Assembly: GCA_951406725.2 (NCBI GenBank)
Contig: OX597825.1
Location: 69,998,001 to 70,062,000 of the forward strand
Direction of reading: 5' to 3'
Source: Octopus vulgaris
Taxonomy: Eukaryota
Length of the DNA: 64,000 bases
Numbering within the stretch: position 1 is the stretch's first letter; each line of letters opens with the position of its first letter. The notes beneath the pieces were generated by a model. It saw only the letters and a list, made by a program, of their open reading frames with translations. It was not told the origin of the DNA and searched no databases. Positions 12,590 to 26,140 of the stretch are shown piece by piece. A program made the position numbers and the translations under genes.

Positions 12590-13253
12590 TTATTCTTTCA
12601 GAAGTGGGAAGCTAGCCAAGAAGAGGCTGAAGAGGAACTTCAACACTGACGCCATACACTGGTCAGTATTAGACAATCTTTCTCGAAGTGAGATCTGTGA
12701 AACTGCTCTCACGGAAGATATTTCTGACTAGGAGCTTCAAGAAGAATTACTAAATGGCAACAAACTGGAGCTGCCTGATTTGCCTTCACATCCTCAGAGT
12801 GTTGAAAGGGCAGTAAAGCTGACATCTAAAGCTTGCCATACTGTCTATGGACTCGAATCAACGCACAAACACGTTCTAAGCCGCCGTATGAAGCCTTTCT
12901 TTGCTTCTTATGGCTCTAACCGTGAACATCCTGATGATTTTTCTATCTAGATTTGTCTTATTTGACTCTATAGAGTTTGTACAAGTTTTTACTCGTTTTC
13001 AATAAAGATGCAACGTTCTTCTGGATTTTTGAAATAAAAATAACGTTTTTTTTTTCAACCGAAAATGATGAAAATGCAGTGTTTTTCGGTTACAGTATTT
13101 TGAAGTATTTTGAAACTGTTTCCTCAAAAACGATTGAAACTAAAGAGATGGATGTTTTTTGTCAGTTATTATCATATTAAGCCCCCCCCCCCTCACTATC
13201 TCAATTAGTCCGAAGTTACTAACTACAAAAGTGTGGAAAATCAACTTGCCCTA
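12590..13253 (+). mobile_element. DNA transposon 3' remnant, probably hAT-related (hATm-like)
   Basis: Translates as LELPDLPSHPQSVERAVKLTSKACHTVYG, resembling the (P)xHxQxVERxVKL transposase C-terminus; ends in CCCTA. Family assignment is from recall. Confidence 0.55.
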
Positions 13254-13439
13254 CTGCTAAGTATTTGGTCCAGCGTTCTAATGATTCTGCCTTTTTTCTA
13301 TTGATTAGATTCCCTCAAAATTCCGTTGCTTGTATATCTGAAAAAATAAACTCTGACTTGCAGAGACATGCTTAGATTAATGGACTGAAATTACATTTTA
13401 AATGAATAACATTGTACTCAGTATATATAAAGATAAATT

Positions 13440-13650
13440 TATTTTTTCCAATTTTTGGACAAGGCCGGCAATTTTGAGGGGACGGCAGAGTTGATCATAT
13501 TGACCACATTGCTCAACTGGTACTTATTTTATCGACCCTGAAAGGATTTAACGCAAAGTCTACCTCGGTGGCATTTGAACTACGAATGTAAAACGGAATA
13601 AATGCAGCTAAGCATTTGATCCGGGGTGCTCATGATTCTTGATGGTCGCA
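13440..13650 (-). mobile_element. SINE family B, diverged
   Basis: CTGGTACTTATTTTATCGACCCTGAAAGGAT..AAAGTCTACCTCGGTGGCATTTGAACT is the reverse complement of the family B body. Confidence 0.75.
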
Positions 13651-13694
13651 GAAGTTTTTCTACCCGTGAATTTATATAATTTCCTGATTTTAGG

Positions 13695-13905
13695 GTGGTG
13701 AGCAGGCAGAATAGTTAGCATGCCGGGCAAAATGCTTAGCGGCGTTTCGTCTATCTTTACGTTCTGAGCTAAAATTTCGCCCAGGTCCACTTTCCCTTTT
13801 ATCCTTTTGGAGTTGATAATATAAGTACCAGTTGAAGATTTAGATCGCTGTAATCGACTTACCCCTCCCCGAAATTGCTGGTCTTCTGCCAAAATTTGAA
13901 ACCAA
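13695..13905 (+). mobile_element. SINE family B, diverged
   Basis: GGTGAGCAGGCAGAATAGTTAGCATGCCGGGCAAAATGCTTAGCGG..ATAAGTACCAGTT. Confidence 0.8.
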
Positions 13906-14490
13906 TATGAATTACTGATCAAACATTATGGTTACTAAAAGTTCCTTGCAATAAGAACTTTTGATCAGAACATATCTTTGCTTGTTCAACTATGCTAATG
14001 AATATTCCATTCTTTCATGAAGATACAATGGACCGTTCAGCACCTATTAAAGAGCACAGCTATTAGATGCTGGAGGAGATAGAAGCATGACAAAAACGAG
14101 GAAAAAACATAATTAAATGTCCCGACATTTTAGCAAGGGAACAAAGGGAGAGATAAAAGAAATAGATAAATAACGTGACTAAGAAAAGAAATGTATCTTT
14201 TAATAATTGCGTGATATTTAGTCTCAATGGAGAGATAACCAATTAGAGGCAAACAGTCTCAGGTCTGAGAAAACAATTTATAATCGAATATTTATTTTCG
14301 CTGTGGATTTTTGCATATCTGCTCTTTGAAGTCTTTCATGCCTTTGTATAACTCTGAATATATATATGTGTGTGTATGTGTGTGTGTGTGTGTTTATACA
14401 TACACGGACACATACACATATGTATATACATACATATGTATACACACACATATATATATATATATGTATACATATGTATCTATCTATCTA

Positions 14491-14537
<47 letters not shown>

Positions 14538-14593
14538 TATTAATATCTAGCAGTAGTAACAGAGTAACTAAAGGTCCGAGAGTTTTGAGCGAT

Positions 14594-14634
<41 letters not shown>

Positions 14635-14951
14635 ATATGTATGTATGTATATGTATATCATATTTTATATATTATATATACATATATATATATGTGTGCG
14701 TATGGCCTCAATAAATAGATAGAATAAGGTACGGTTCACAGTAAGGTAAAACAAGATGGAAGGTCTCAAATGTTGATAGGATACTGTTAATACGTAGGTG
14801 CCAAATGGAATTTAAACTGTAGATCGAACTCTGAGGTTGGTTCTAGGGGTAGAAGTTATAGATGCATTCATAAGATAGAATCCACCATCTTCATGGTGAT
14901 ACAATACATCAATCCTGACGAATCCAACCAACATTCTTCGATACGTAGCAT

Positions 14952-14983
<32 letters not shown>

Positions 14984-15103
14984 TGTTATATTTCGGAATG
15001 GTCATATTGCCAGTTTAGCCAATAAAAGCACACGCACTATATATTTGGTGTTATTTTGTTTCAGTGTTATTTATTTTTTACATTAATCTTAATATTATTT
15101 CGG

Positions 15104-15143
15104 CCAGAGTTCTTTCGTTACACTCCTGTGACCGCATTAGTGG
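15104..15143 (-). ncRNA. Degenerate hammerhead-like motif
   Basis: Minus strand CCA-CTAATGC-G-GTCAC aggagt GTAAC-GAAAG aa CTC-TGG; stems I-III present, two core substitutions. Confidence 0.4.
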
Positions 15144-15571
15144 TCCTTTGTTTTCTTCTTACTTATTTGTGTCTCTCCTTACTAACCGTCAGCCATTTTG
15201 TATTTCTATTGTATGTCTTCATTTGCGCATGATTATATCTCTATGTGCGTCTATGTTTATTTAGTGTGTGTATGTGGGGAATGCCTGTAATATTTGTATC
15301 TTCTGTTTATATATGTTCATGTAATTTGTATTTTTTTTCGATTCGATTTATTATTATTATTACTAGTATTGTTGTTATACATACATACATACATACATAC
15401 ATACATACATACATACATACATACATACATACATACAAGCATATGTAATGATAATAATAAGTGGATGTAAACACATGAACAAAATAAGAATAAACATATA
15501 TATAAAATTAACAGAATGAGATAAAAATAGTTTTAAATAGTTAAACTATTGCTTAACCTTTTTCTCGCAAC

Positions 15572-15619
15572 GTCTCCGATGAAGGGATATATAAAATATC
15601 CCGGAAACAGCTGTAAGAC
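15572..15619 (+). ncRNA. Type I hammerhead ribozyme motif with palindromic stem III
   Basis: GTCT-CCGATGA-A-GGGATAT ataaa ATATCCC-G-GAAAC AGCT GTA-AGAC. Confidence 0.7.
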
Positions 15620-16006
15620 CTCTTTATGAATGTTCTGAAATCTTTCACAGCCTTGGATTTTTATCTCATTCTGTTAATTTTTTATATATATGTACGCTAA
15701 TAAATGTCCTACGTCGGACTCCTCATTCGCATAATCACCGAACCTGGAGCTTAACTATAGTTTGTTCATAGTACTTACTCAGCATTACCTAACACCTTTG
15801 TGTCTTCTTGACACCATTAACTCTCAGATTCGTACACTTATTGCAGAGGGCCTTCAGTATTTTTAAGCTCCGTAAAACAACCCGGAATGTTGGGCCTCTA
15901 ACCAGGCCTTTCGAGATACTCTTAAAACCAGGACTATTTCAGCACACCCAAATATGGATACACACTCACACACTCAAACACACACACACTCAAACACACA
16001 CACACT

Positions 16007-16048
<42 letters not shown>

Positions 16049-16049
<1 letters not shown>

Positions 16050-16561
16050 CTATATATATAAAACTGTAGTTGTGTGAGTGTCTGTCCCCTTCGATTTAGA
16101 TTCCTAACTACTCCCACATTTTGTGGTGCAGTTTAACCAAATTCGGGTATCTTATAGTCGTGATTCATATCGAGCCCGTCTGAGTATTAGCGCGCGTCTA
16201 CGATGAGTCTACGATTTTAAAAATAATTCAATATCATTTTTTATTCCATTTTAATGCATAATTTTTCGTGTGTCGATGGTGGCGGAGTTGGCGTCCATGG
16301 TCACACCTGCACCTGTTTGCTTCTTCCCCTTCTTCCCTCCCTCATGAAGCTGTGGGGAAGGGAGTGTAATGAAATCAACGTCGTAAAGCGTTGTCAAGGA
16401 GACCAGCGTTCTTTTAGAACAACGACTTCATGGCTTGAAGACACCAAAACAGAAATGGCTAAGAAAGCCCGAATTGGCATCTATAAGGGAAGTAACTCTC
16501 TAAAAATGCTTATATAGTTATTTCCCTTACAAACCCGAGCAACGCCGGGCGATACTGCTAG
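16049..16561 (+). mobile_element. Non-autonomous Helitron
   Basis: A|TC 5' end; 3' hairpin CCCG-agcaacgc-CGGG then CTAG|T; homologous copies at 20457 and 60630. Confidence 0.85.
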
Positions 16562-16683
16562 TATATATATATATATATAAATATAATACCATAAATCGTA
16601 CTATATATATGTATGTGTGAGTATGTATGGTATGTATGTATATATTCATATATATCTATATGTCTATATATCTATACATACAT

Positions 16684-16728
<45 letters not shown>

Positions 16729-17829
16729 GAAAGAGTGGGGAAGAAGAATGAGTGGGAAAATTAGAGAGTAAAGAGAAGTGTAAAAAGAAATTAATTTTAG
16801 TGTCGTATATGATGCGAACTTTCGCGCTAGTATTGTATATAATAAATTATATATATTTTCTTACTATTCTCTTTAATTTTTTATTGCGGTTTCATATTTT
16901 GATATCTTTAACCTCTTATCTCTTATAAGTTATTAATGTTCTTAAAAAGAAATACAAACTTTCTAGTAACTTAAGTCTAGAAGAGTTGATTATAACATAC
17001 CCATAATAATGTACAAATAATTGTGTATATTTGCTTGTGTGCACATAGTTCAATATGTGTATGTATCTCTGTATGACTTATTTTCCCGATTTTCTGATTC
17101 TTAGCTTATAACTAATATAAAGATAGCATGATTTATCGCTCCAGTATTCCATAAGTAAATACCCAGATCAATCTTTATAGAAACCACCTCATAAGTAATT
17201 AATTAAATACTGGTATGAGTATTAAACTAATTCTATGCAAGCTTCCCTTTCTAATGTTGAAAATTGATATATATACACAGTTTATCTATTCAGGTTATAA
17301 TATCATTTTCAGTCATCTTAAATTCTATCTTCATACAACACAACATTATTGTTTATATACAATCATCCATTGTATGCCATGATAATTTCCTCTGTATTAA
17401 CATCATAAGTTTTATTAGCGTCTTGCCCCTTAAACTGATAATTAACATCTTGTTTTAGGTCTTCCCCTACCCAGCCTCCTAACAATATTTATGACCATAC
17501 CCAACTATAAACCGTTAACTCAGTCTGTTTATCCATTCTAAACAGACACTGTCCTCTAGCCTTAGATTTGGTAGTTGATAAAAAAAAACCTAATAAATTA
17601 AAAGGGAACCGCAAACATTTACAAGCAATGCGATAATTCTGGCTTGAGTCACTGACTTTAATATAATATATTATGGTTCTTTTACAAATATATTATAGTA
17701 GATAGTTTAAAAAAATAATACGCACTACGTATTTTAGTCAATTTGGTAGGGCTTTTGGTTGATTTAGGGATTTCCTCTTGATTATTTCAGGAGCACGAAA
17801 ACACACGTCTTCCACTACCGAAACTGGAA

Positions 17830-17920
<91 letters not shown>

Positions 17921-17934
17921 TAATGTGTGTGGCA

Positions 17935-18115
17935 AATGACGAGCTTTCACACAGTTTCCATTTACCAATCTACCAAGTTCACTAATTCATAAGTCGGGCT
18001 TCATAAGCTGGTCAGGATTATAGCAGAAGACACTTGCCCAAGGTGCCGCGCAGTGGAGCTCAATCCAAAAACACTGGGTTACAAACCGAGTTTCTTAACC
18101 ACACAACAATGTCTG
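17935..18115 (-). mobile_element. SINE family A, diverged 5' half
   Basis: AGAAGACACTTGCCCAAGGTGCCGCGCAGTGG. Confidence 0.75.
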
Positions 18116-18509
18116 AGCCAACTGAGCAGATTCTGTTACTAATGCTCAGCTTCTTTGAGTCAAACTTCAGCAAGTTTCAAGCTCCAGCGTTAGTTATTAC
18201 TAAGATGCAGTAAATGTCATTTATTTCAGATAATGTACAACTTACGCTATTCATTATCCAAGTGAGCTATTAAGAAATTCATTAGTTGTATTTATTTCCT
18301 AAACGTGGCTCATATTAGTAAAGTTTGAAAATGTATCTCTGCCGAACGAGCAGAAAATCATAATCGCGAGAACTTGAGATTAAATTATATTTTCTAATTG
18401 CATTAATTATTTCTCAATAATATCTGAGAAAATCCATAATTTATTATGATACAGAACTCAAATAATGATGTGTCTGTGTATATATATATGTATATATATC
18501 TGTATATAA

Positions 18510-18720
18510 AGTTAATCCAAACATGAAAACACAAAGAGAAAACGCAACAACGCGAGAACGTGGAACAAATATAGTATTATTGGACGCTCATGGAGAAAGG
18601 GAAAAAGGAGGGTTTAACGTTTCGAGCGGAGCTCTTCGTCGGAAACATAGGAGAAGGAAAGATCCAAGGAAGGGAAGTCGGAGGAAAAAAATCGCCAACG
18701 GTACACACGCGGTCACATTT
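18510..18720 (-). mobile_element. PLE-like terminal module with hammerhead (18612-18646)
   Basis: Minus strand GTTT-CCGACGA-A-GAGC tcc GCTC-GAAAC-GTT-AAAC; module homologous to 7540-7747 and 55541-55752. Confidence 0.78.
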
Positions 18721-18948
18721 TGAATATATATCTATATTTGTATATAGATATACATACATGCAGGTACACATGCACACACACACACATACACACACATATA
18801 TAAAATGGAGAAATTGTACAAAATGTATAAATGGCACAGTTTCGATTACCTGTTGTTATCCGTAGAATTACGCCAGGAACTTCGTAGTGGCGGTTGGAGT
18901 AACATTATTTATAAAATAGGAGATGGAATGCGTAATAGACATTATTGG

Positions 18949-18990
18949 GTACAACACATGTTTCGACCCCTTGTAGGTCTCTTCAGGTAC
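18949..18990 (-). ncRNA. Type I hammerhead ribozyme with intact core
   Basis: Minus strand GTAC-CTGAAGA-GACC tacaagg GGTC-GAAAC ATGT GTT-GTAC; all conserved core nucleotides and three stems. Confidence 0.8.
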
Positions 18991-19266
18991 ATCAATAAAA
19001 AGTTTCACCAGAGATTTCTTGAGTCGGTTTACGTACCGCTATATGTCCATCAAATTTGAGAATGAGTAAAATCAGAGAAAAATTATTGAAACGCAAAAAA
19101 TTCAAATATGAACGTGGAAAGTATACATTGAAGTTTAGAAAAGAATGACGTAATCAGCTTTCGCTGTTGTAACTGTTAAGCGAAAGAAAAGAAAGTAGAA
19201 TTTGAGAGGAAGATAATCCTCTGACGAAATTTTTTGTGTTCGTGCTTAGACGCATATACACATCAC

Positions 19267-19771
19267 ATGGAAAAATGCGAGCATAAAAAGTTGTATTCTT
19301 AAGATTATAAATCTGGAAAAGTACAAGTCAAGTTATTACACTTGTCAAAGTACAGGGCAAGCTATTACTTCTAGTAAAGTAAAGAATAAGAAACTTTTTA
19401 CTTAAAATATTGCAGCAAAGAATGCCAGTTCTTCTAATATATCACTCTTTACAGTTCTCATCTTTTAAATTTATTGTACAAAACTGTTCAGCTAATTTGT
19501 AAGTTTGTCTAACTCGTCACTTTTTTGTGTATTTAATGTAGTAAATTAGCAAAATTCTACTTAAATAAATATATAATAATACTATAATAAAATATGTTTT
19601 AATAATCAAATTTTAATGTTACCTGCAATATTTTTAGTAAAAATTTTCTTATTCTTTACTTTACTCGAAGTAAAAGCTTTTCCTATACTTTTACAGGTGT
19701 AATAACTTGTCCTATACTTTTCCAGGTTTATAATCTTAAAAATATGACTTTTCATGCTCGCAAATTTCCAT
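19267..19771. mobile_element. Foldback/MITE with about 150-bp imperfect inverted repeats
   Basis: 19267-19415 is reverse-complementary to 19623-19771, e.g. AGTAAAGTAAAGAATAAGAAA / TTTCTTATTCTTTACTTTACT. Confidence 0.8.
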
Positions 19772-20401
19772 ATAATCCATGATTTTTCCAGGCATTGCTG
19801 TTATAAGATAATTAGCAATGTGTAAATTAATAATTTAAAATTTTACTTTATAAAATATTGAAAGATAATATTTCAATTTTTCCATGTAATTGCTGATAAT
19901 ATTTCATTTTTTTTTCGTGTTTAATTTAAATACATGTTGTGATTGAATTATTTGATATTACCCATCCACCAAATTAATGTCATAGATTTTTACCATGTTG
20001 CTGGTTGCACCATGGCTCACCAAAAGTTACAGACGACAAGACTCCAAAACCATCAGTTACCAGGCTCGCCTTAAGTAACCAAATTTTGCAATATTAGGAG
20101 GTCACAGGAATTCAATCAACGAAAAGAATGTTTCAATGATTGCGAGATTGGATGGGGTAGGGGGAAAACCCACCACCACCACCACACTTTTTCCGAACCG
20201 AAATAAGGGATTTGCAGTATATTTGGAGGTCAGGGTACTTGATTCCCCGCAAAAAATCAAATTCTTAGTGAAAATCGTGCAGGTGTTAATATAGACGGGG
20301 AACCCAGTGTAACCTCATAAACCGGCCTCTCCCATCATAATATTAACTGCTCTACATCTTAGAGTGTGCTTCTTCCCTAGATTTATGTTTTTCTACAAAC
20401 G

Positions 20402-20456
<55 letters not shown>

Positions 20457-20457
<1 letters not shown>

Positions 20458-20767
20458 TAGCAGTATCGCCCGGCGGCGTTACTCGGGTTTGTAAAGGAAA
20501 TAACTATATAAGCATTTTTAGAGAGTTACTTCCCTTATATAACCCGAGCAAAAATCATAAAAAATGCGAAAAGATGATGGTAATTTTTTTTTAAATCGTA
20601 GACTCATCGTAGACGCGCGCTAGTACCCAGAAGGGCTCGATATGAATCACGACTATAAGATACCTACTTTTGGTTAAACTGCACCGCAAAATGTGGGAGT
20701 AGTTAGGAATCTAAATCGGAGTAGACAGACACACATACACACACAACTTTAGTTTTATATATAAAGA
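20457..20767 (-). mobile_element. Non-autonomous Helitron (same family as 16049)
   Basis: A|CTAGCAGTATCGCCCGG left end and TATAAAGA|T right end, i.e. TC...CTAG on the minus strand. Confidence 0.85.
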
Positions 20768-21692
20768 TATATATATATATATATAGCATAAATGCATTAA
20801 TCAGTGGCTAATGTATGCGAAGAAAATATCCTTTCCCACTGATATAGGAAAACAATGATTGAAAAATCATTGATGTGGCAATTAACTGGCCGGCTGAGTA
20901 ACATTTCATATCAGATGATATATACTGATGTATAGGATTAAAACAGCGATCTGTGTATCATATTTAACATTTTATTCAAATACATCAAGGAAAGCCAAAT
21001 TAACTGTATTTTTCTGTTACATACATAGTTCGTGTTATTTAACACAGTGCGTCCGTAAGTGATATTATTTCTGGACGAATACCGCTGTTAATTTAGCTTT
21101 TGTGATATTATTTGCATGAAGCATGATGCAGAAACCACTTTGATCCGAGCATGTGCTGAAACCAAATCAATTACACTGGGGAAGATACGTATTAGCCATT
21201 CAAAACCACGCAGGCTCATAACTCTGCTCAAATGTTTACTGTTTGTAGTTAGAATTTTCACAGTATAACGAAACGTTTGACACCAAATAATAAATGTTTA
21301 AGAGAAGTTAACAGTTATTAAGTTGGTTATCAATGGCTAGCATGTGTTTTCCACCTTGTAGTTGCTAGAGAAGAATCTTAGTGCTCAAATATCCGGTCAA
21401 AACCACATATATGTACTTGTAGTCAAGTACTGTCCTTAGCTGCACAGTTACATGTCTACAAAAATATTAATAACTTTCGAAATGTCAATGAATGCTTCTA
21501 AGGACAAAATGAACAAACAAAATATACATACGTACATACATACAAATGTACATACATATAAGACACACACACACGTACACACAGAAATACACGCACACAC
21601 ACACATGCACACACACACACTTATATACTTATTAGCAGTAGAAGCAGTGTTTGTGAGGAATATCAATTCTTACACCCATCTTAAAGAGCATA

Positions 21693-21694
<2 letters not shown>

Positions 21695-21784
<90 letters not shown>

Positions 21785-21850
21785 TCATCATCATCATCAT
21801 CATCATCTTCTTCTTCTGCTTCTTCTTCTTCTTCTCACCCCTCTTCTTCC
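21695..21850. repeat. (TA)n-(TCA)n-(TTC)n compound microsatellite
   Basis: Directly visible. Confidence 0.97.
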
Positions 21851-22192
21851 TAACTTTATCACCAATGCTTTTTAGTATAACACCTACGCAAATTCTATAA
21901 ACAAACCTTTCAATAGAAATATTTTCATGAATTGAACAGCAGGGACTGCTAGCCACCACTGACAAACGACAATCAAGGCAATTCCAAATTCTTCCTCCCC
22001 TTCTACCCCACCTCCTTCTTCTTCCCTGCCAAGAATTCTCATGGAACTTGAACCCACAAGAGTACACAAGAGAGAGAGAGAGAGAGAAAGGCAGAAACAA
22101 GGAAAATGCCACTTATATTTGAACACTATACAAATATTCTTTTAAAAAAACTTTTCTTTTCATTTTTCTAAATTTAATTATTTAATAGTTAC

Positions 22193-22227
22193 AGTTGAAA
22201 AGGTCTCAAATGACCGAAACCAGTACT
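22193..22227 (+). ncRNA. Degenerate hammerhead-like motif
   Basis: AG-TTGAAAA-GGTC tcaaat GACC-GAAAC CA GTA-CT; the core differs from CTGAAGA by two transitions. Confidence 0.4.
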
Positions 22228-22316
22228 CAAATGTTCTTTATAAAATTATTTTAGCATTTTCTATCTTGACTTGTTTTTTCAAATATATCAACTCGTGTGT
22301 CCCTTTTCATCCTTAT

Positions 22317-22397
<81 letters not shown>

Positions 22398-24704
22398 ATT
22401 TTATGGCGTTTTACACACGTTAAGCTGGGTGTGCAAGTTGAGGTTGATATTCCCCACAAATATATTCCGAGGCTAATAACTCTACATGCGTGTGTGTGAG
22501 TGTCTATGTGTTTGCATGTGTATCTGTGTGTATGTATGTGTGTACGTGTGCGTTAGCATGTATGTAAATATATATGTGTGTAACATACATAAGGAAATAT
22601 ATTCTAAATTGATGAAACATTCTGTAAGAAAGACTGCATTTTTCTTTATCGTTGCATAAGATATATTCCATTGTGTAAAATATTTATATAACTATTGTTT
22701 CCTAAATTAGGTATTGTTATCAAATTTTAAACACCTGCTCAATTTATATTTTTCACTGATTTTGAAAATGTATACAAGAACACTTGAATGCATTTTAGAA
22801 AGAGAAAAGATGTCTGCCAAGTGAAACCAGCCATCGGCATATACTTAAACTTACAAAATCGCGCATGAAATTTCAAATGACATTATCACTTCTTGATATT
22901 TACTTGGGTTGTAACGAAAGAAATACAAAAGTAAACGTAAAATTTTAATTGATATAAATGGGTTCAAATCACAAATATTGGTAGATTTGCTTTTTATAAT
23001 AACTCTTCTTTCTGATCTACTACATTGTAGGCATATATTGGGTTCCAAGTAGTAGGAAAGTTCCATCATTGACTTCGTGGCGAGAACGGAGTACAGGCTG
23101 TCCGACGTTGTTTACGAAGATGAAATTAAGGACAAATGCAACTTACACAGGAGTGAGGAGGGGGAGATTTTTAAAGAAGAAGAAAGACAGCTTTGAAGAA
23201 AAACCATTATATGAGACTGTTGGCATGAACTGTTTCCAACAAACAGACGAATTACAATCCTATACAACTAGATTATGGTCGCAATACATTACAGAAGGCG
23301 GCAGAAAGATATGAGCATGTTAGAAATGTTCTCTGATTTGTAGGAAATGTTTGGTGCCAATGCTATGAATTCTTCACATATATATATATTCAAACGATAT
23401 TCAAGACATGGTTCCTTTTGATTTTCTTAAGCATGATTGGAACACTAAAAACTGCTTACATAAACCAATGAGAGCGAGAATCCGAATACAGATCTGAAAA
23501 TAATCCACATTCCCTATAACAATGCACATACGCATACTTGCGCTCTCACACACACATATTTGGCAACAGATCTAGCAATCGTTAAATTGGGCTAAGTCAT
23601 GCTCCATCTGCCGTACAGCCCGGACTGGCGATTTCTGGTTTCCACTTATTCGTTTCAATGAAGACAACGCATTAACGACACAAATGAGATGAAATTGTCT
23701 GCGAAGAAGAGGCCACAACAGTGCTAACCTGAACTTTTAAAAGAAGATTCTAAAGCTGGGTTCAGTGATCTTGCAAATTCATTACTTGTGATGGAGACAA
23801 TGTTGAGCAGTATCTTTGTTTTGTGGAAGAGTCTCTCTCGCACCAAGTTCAATTCGAACGATCAACAGCAAATTTGCCTTACTTTCGATATAACTCCCGT
23901 ATGTCAGAAACTTGACTGTCAGCATTGGAATAGAATCAACATCGCCAAATATATGAACAAAACTCCAATTCGAAATAGAACTATTCATTAGGAAATTTTT
24001 ATTGGCTACTAGGCTGTCTCTCTACTAATTAAATTCGTAAAATATGTTCGTATTTTGCCGATTATTGCTTTATTTAATACTTAAAATCTATTGGGAAAGC
24101 TATTTAAATATATATAATGGCATGTTGATATTATTTAATTATAGTTGTGGCGTATTTCAATATTTACATAATTGAAGTTGTGTGGGAATGATGTTGTAAT
24201 TATTTTCTCGTGAAATTAATTATATATATTTAAACATTATGTTTAGCAAGCATTTCACATAAATTGGATATGGGTCAGTGAGTGAGGTTTTTGGTGAGCG
24301 ATAGACATGTGAGAAATAGCAGCCAAATTTCTTTCATGACATACTTTACCGTCTGTCAAAAAGAAAAAAAAACGAATGAAGTTTTAACTGATATAGTCTT
24401 AAATACACTATCATCGAAGAGAAAAGACTTAGATCAATTCAAGTTGTGCTAAATCTATACAATTACAACAAGACTAACACCGTAAATACATTTAAGTAAT
24501 TTAGTTAAAACCGAGGTTAAATATTCTACAATGAAGAATGAGGAATTTCTAGAATTTGTAATGGATGTCTCCTTTCATTTTTCCCTTTCAGTAGATACAG
24601 AATAACGACAAGGCGCTGTCATCATGGCTGGCGAACAATGAATAACGAAAAGCCTGTCATTATGGTCGACCAATATAGAATTACTTGAAGAGGTTATCAT
24701 TTTC

Positions 24705-24926
24705 TTACTCTCTTTTACTCTTACTTGTTTCAGTCATTTGACTGCGGCCATGCTGGAGCACCGCCTTTAATCGAACAACTCGACCCCGGGACTTATTCTT
24801 TTGTAAGCCCAGTACTTATTCTATCGGTCTCTTTTGCCGAACCGCTAAGTAACGGCGACATAAACACACCAGCATTGGTTGTCAAGCAAAGCTAGGGGGA
24901 CAAACACACTCACACAAACACACACA

Positions 24927-24966
<40 letters not shown>

Positions 24967-25131
24967 TACGACGGGCTTCTTTCAGTTTCCGTCTACCAAA
25001 TCCACTCACAAGGCTTTGGTCGGCCCGAGGCTATAGTAGAAGACACTTGCCCAAGGTGCCACGCAGTGGGACTGAACCCGGAACCATGTGGCTGGTAAAC
25101 AAGCTACTTACCACACAGCCACTCCTGCGCC
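24705..25131 (-). mobile_element. SINE family A, full length, low divergence
   Basis: Complete head, central microsatellite, tail and GAGTAAAA terminal repeats. Confidence 0.93.
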
Positions 25132-25364
25132 TATTCAGGTAATAATTATAAGATCTAGCCAGCAATCTCTCTGCTGGTCATAAAACTTATAGAAGATTTA
25201 ACCAGCCTGGCTGTGGGGGGGGGGCTGGAAACAGTGAGCTATGCAACCCACTGCATAATCACTTACTAGTGGAAAGAAGAATAGAGGGAAAACATTTTCT
25301 ATACAAAGGTGCTGACGCAGGCGTGATTAAGGATTTGGTAGACAGAAACTTTAAGAAACTCGTC

Positions 25365-25395
<31 letters not shown>

Positions 25396-25599
25396 ACATT
25401 ATCACCGTGATCACCGTGACCGACGTGGACGTGGGGTGGGATTCACCACCGTCAGTTTGTCTTCCTTTTTCTTTTTCTTTCCTATTTTTCCCATCCTTCT
25501 TCGTCTCTTACATCCTTTGATGTTGTTGTCTCTGTGTTGGTTTCTGGTGGAGGCGGAGGTGCGGCTTCCTTATTGTTTTCGGAGTCAGCAATTGGTGAA

Positions 25600-26140
25600 G
25601 GGCAGAATCCCTAGGTGTTACCCTTTTGGCCAGATTGGTAACAGCTAGGGATTCTGCCTGCCACTTTCAGCGCTATACCTTCAGCACTACATCTACCGTG
25701 ATGGTTTCAACCATATATTCAATGTCTCTAGGGGTGGCTTGAATCACTATCTCCAGCCCTTGCCCCTGCCAGTTATTATTGGCCGTGCACGTGGCTTGGA
25801 GGACTACAACTTTCTCCTCCAAGCCTATCAGGATCTCGTCTACTAACCAGGCTGCATTTATCTCTGGAGTTATGTCCTCCACCCTCACCCTGGAAGTGCG
25901 TCTTCCAAGGTATGTGGGTAGAAGCGGGTTTACAGAGTGCAGTCTGGCGGTTGCTGCATCCCTGAACCGTACCTCCACCGTGCTGTATTTCCTGCCTCTA
26001 TTTATATGCATTATTTCACCCCATATGGGCTTTAACGCTTTTTCTATTTAACTTTCTGCCATTATTTCAATTTTGGGGGCTCTCCGCCGAGAGCTTTCGA
26101 AACAGTTAATTTCTACTTTTGACTTAACATGACATCTTGT
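25600..26140 (-). pseudogene. Non-LTR retrotransposon ORF1 (gag-like) remnant
   Basis: ORF 25673-26011 (STVEVRF..PTYLGRRTSRVRV..) followed by GRIPSCYQSGQKGNT*GFCP, a decayed CCHC zinc knuckle. Confidence 0.6.

Noticed and set aside
16930-17600. Possible very old minus-strand RT remnant
   Set aside because: Only vague motif resemblance with many stops; not supportable by eye
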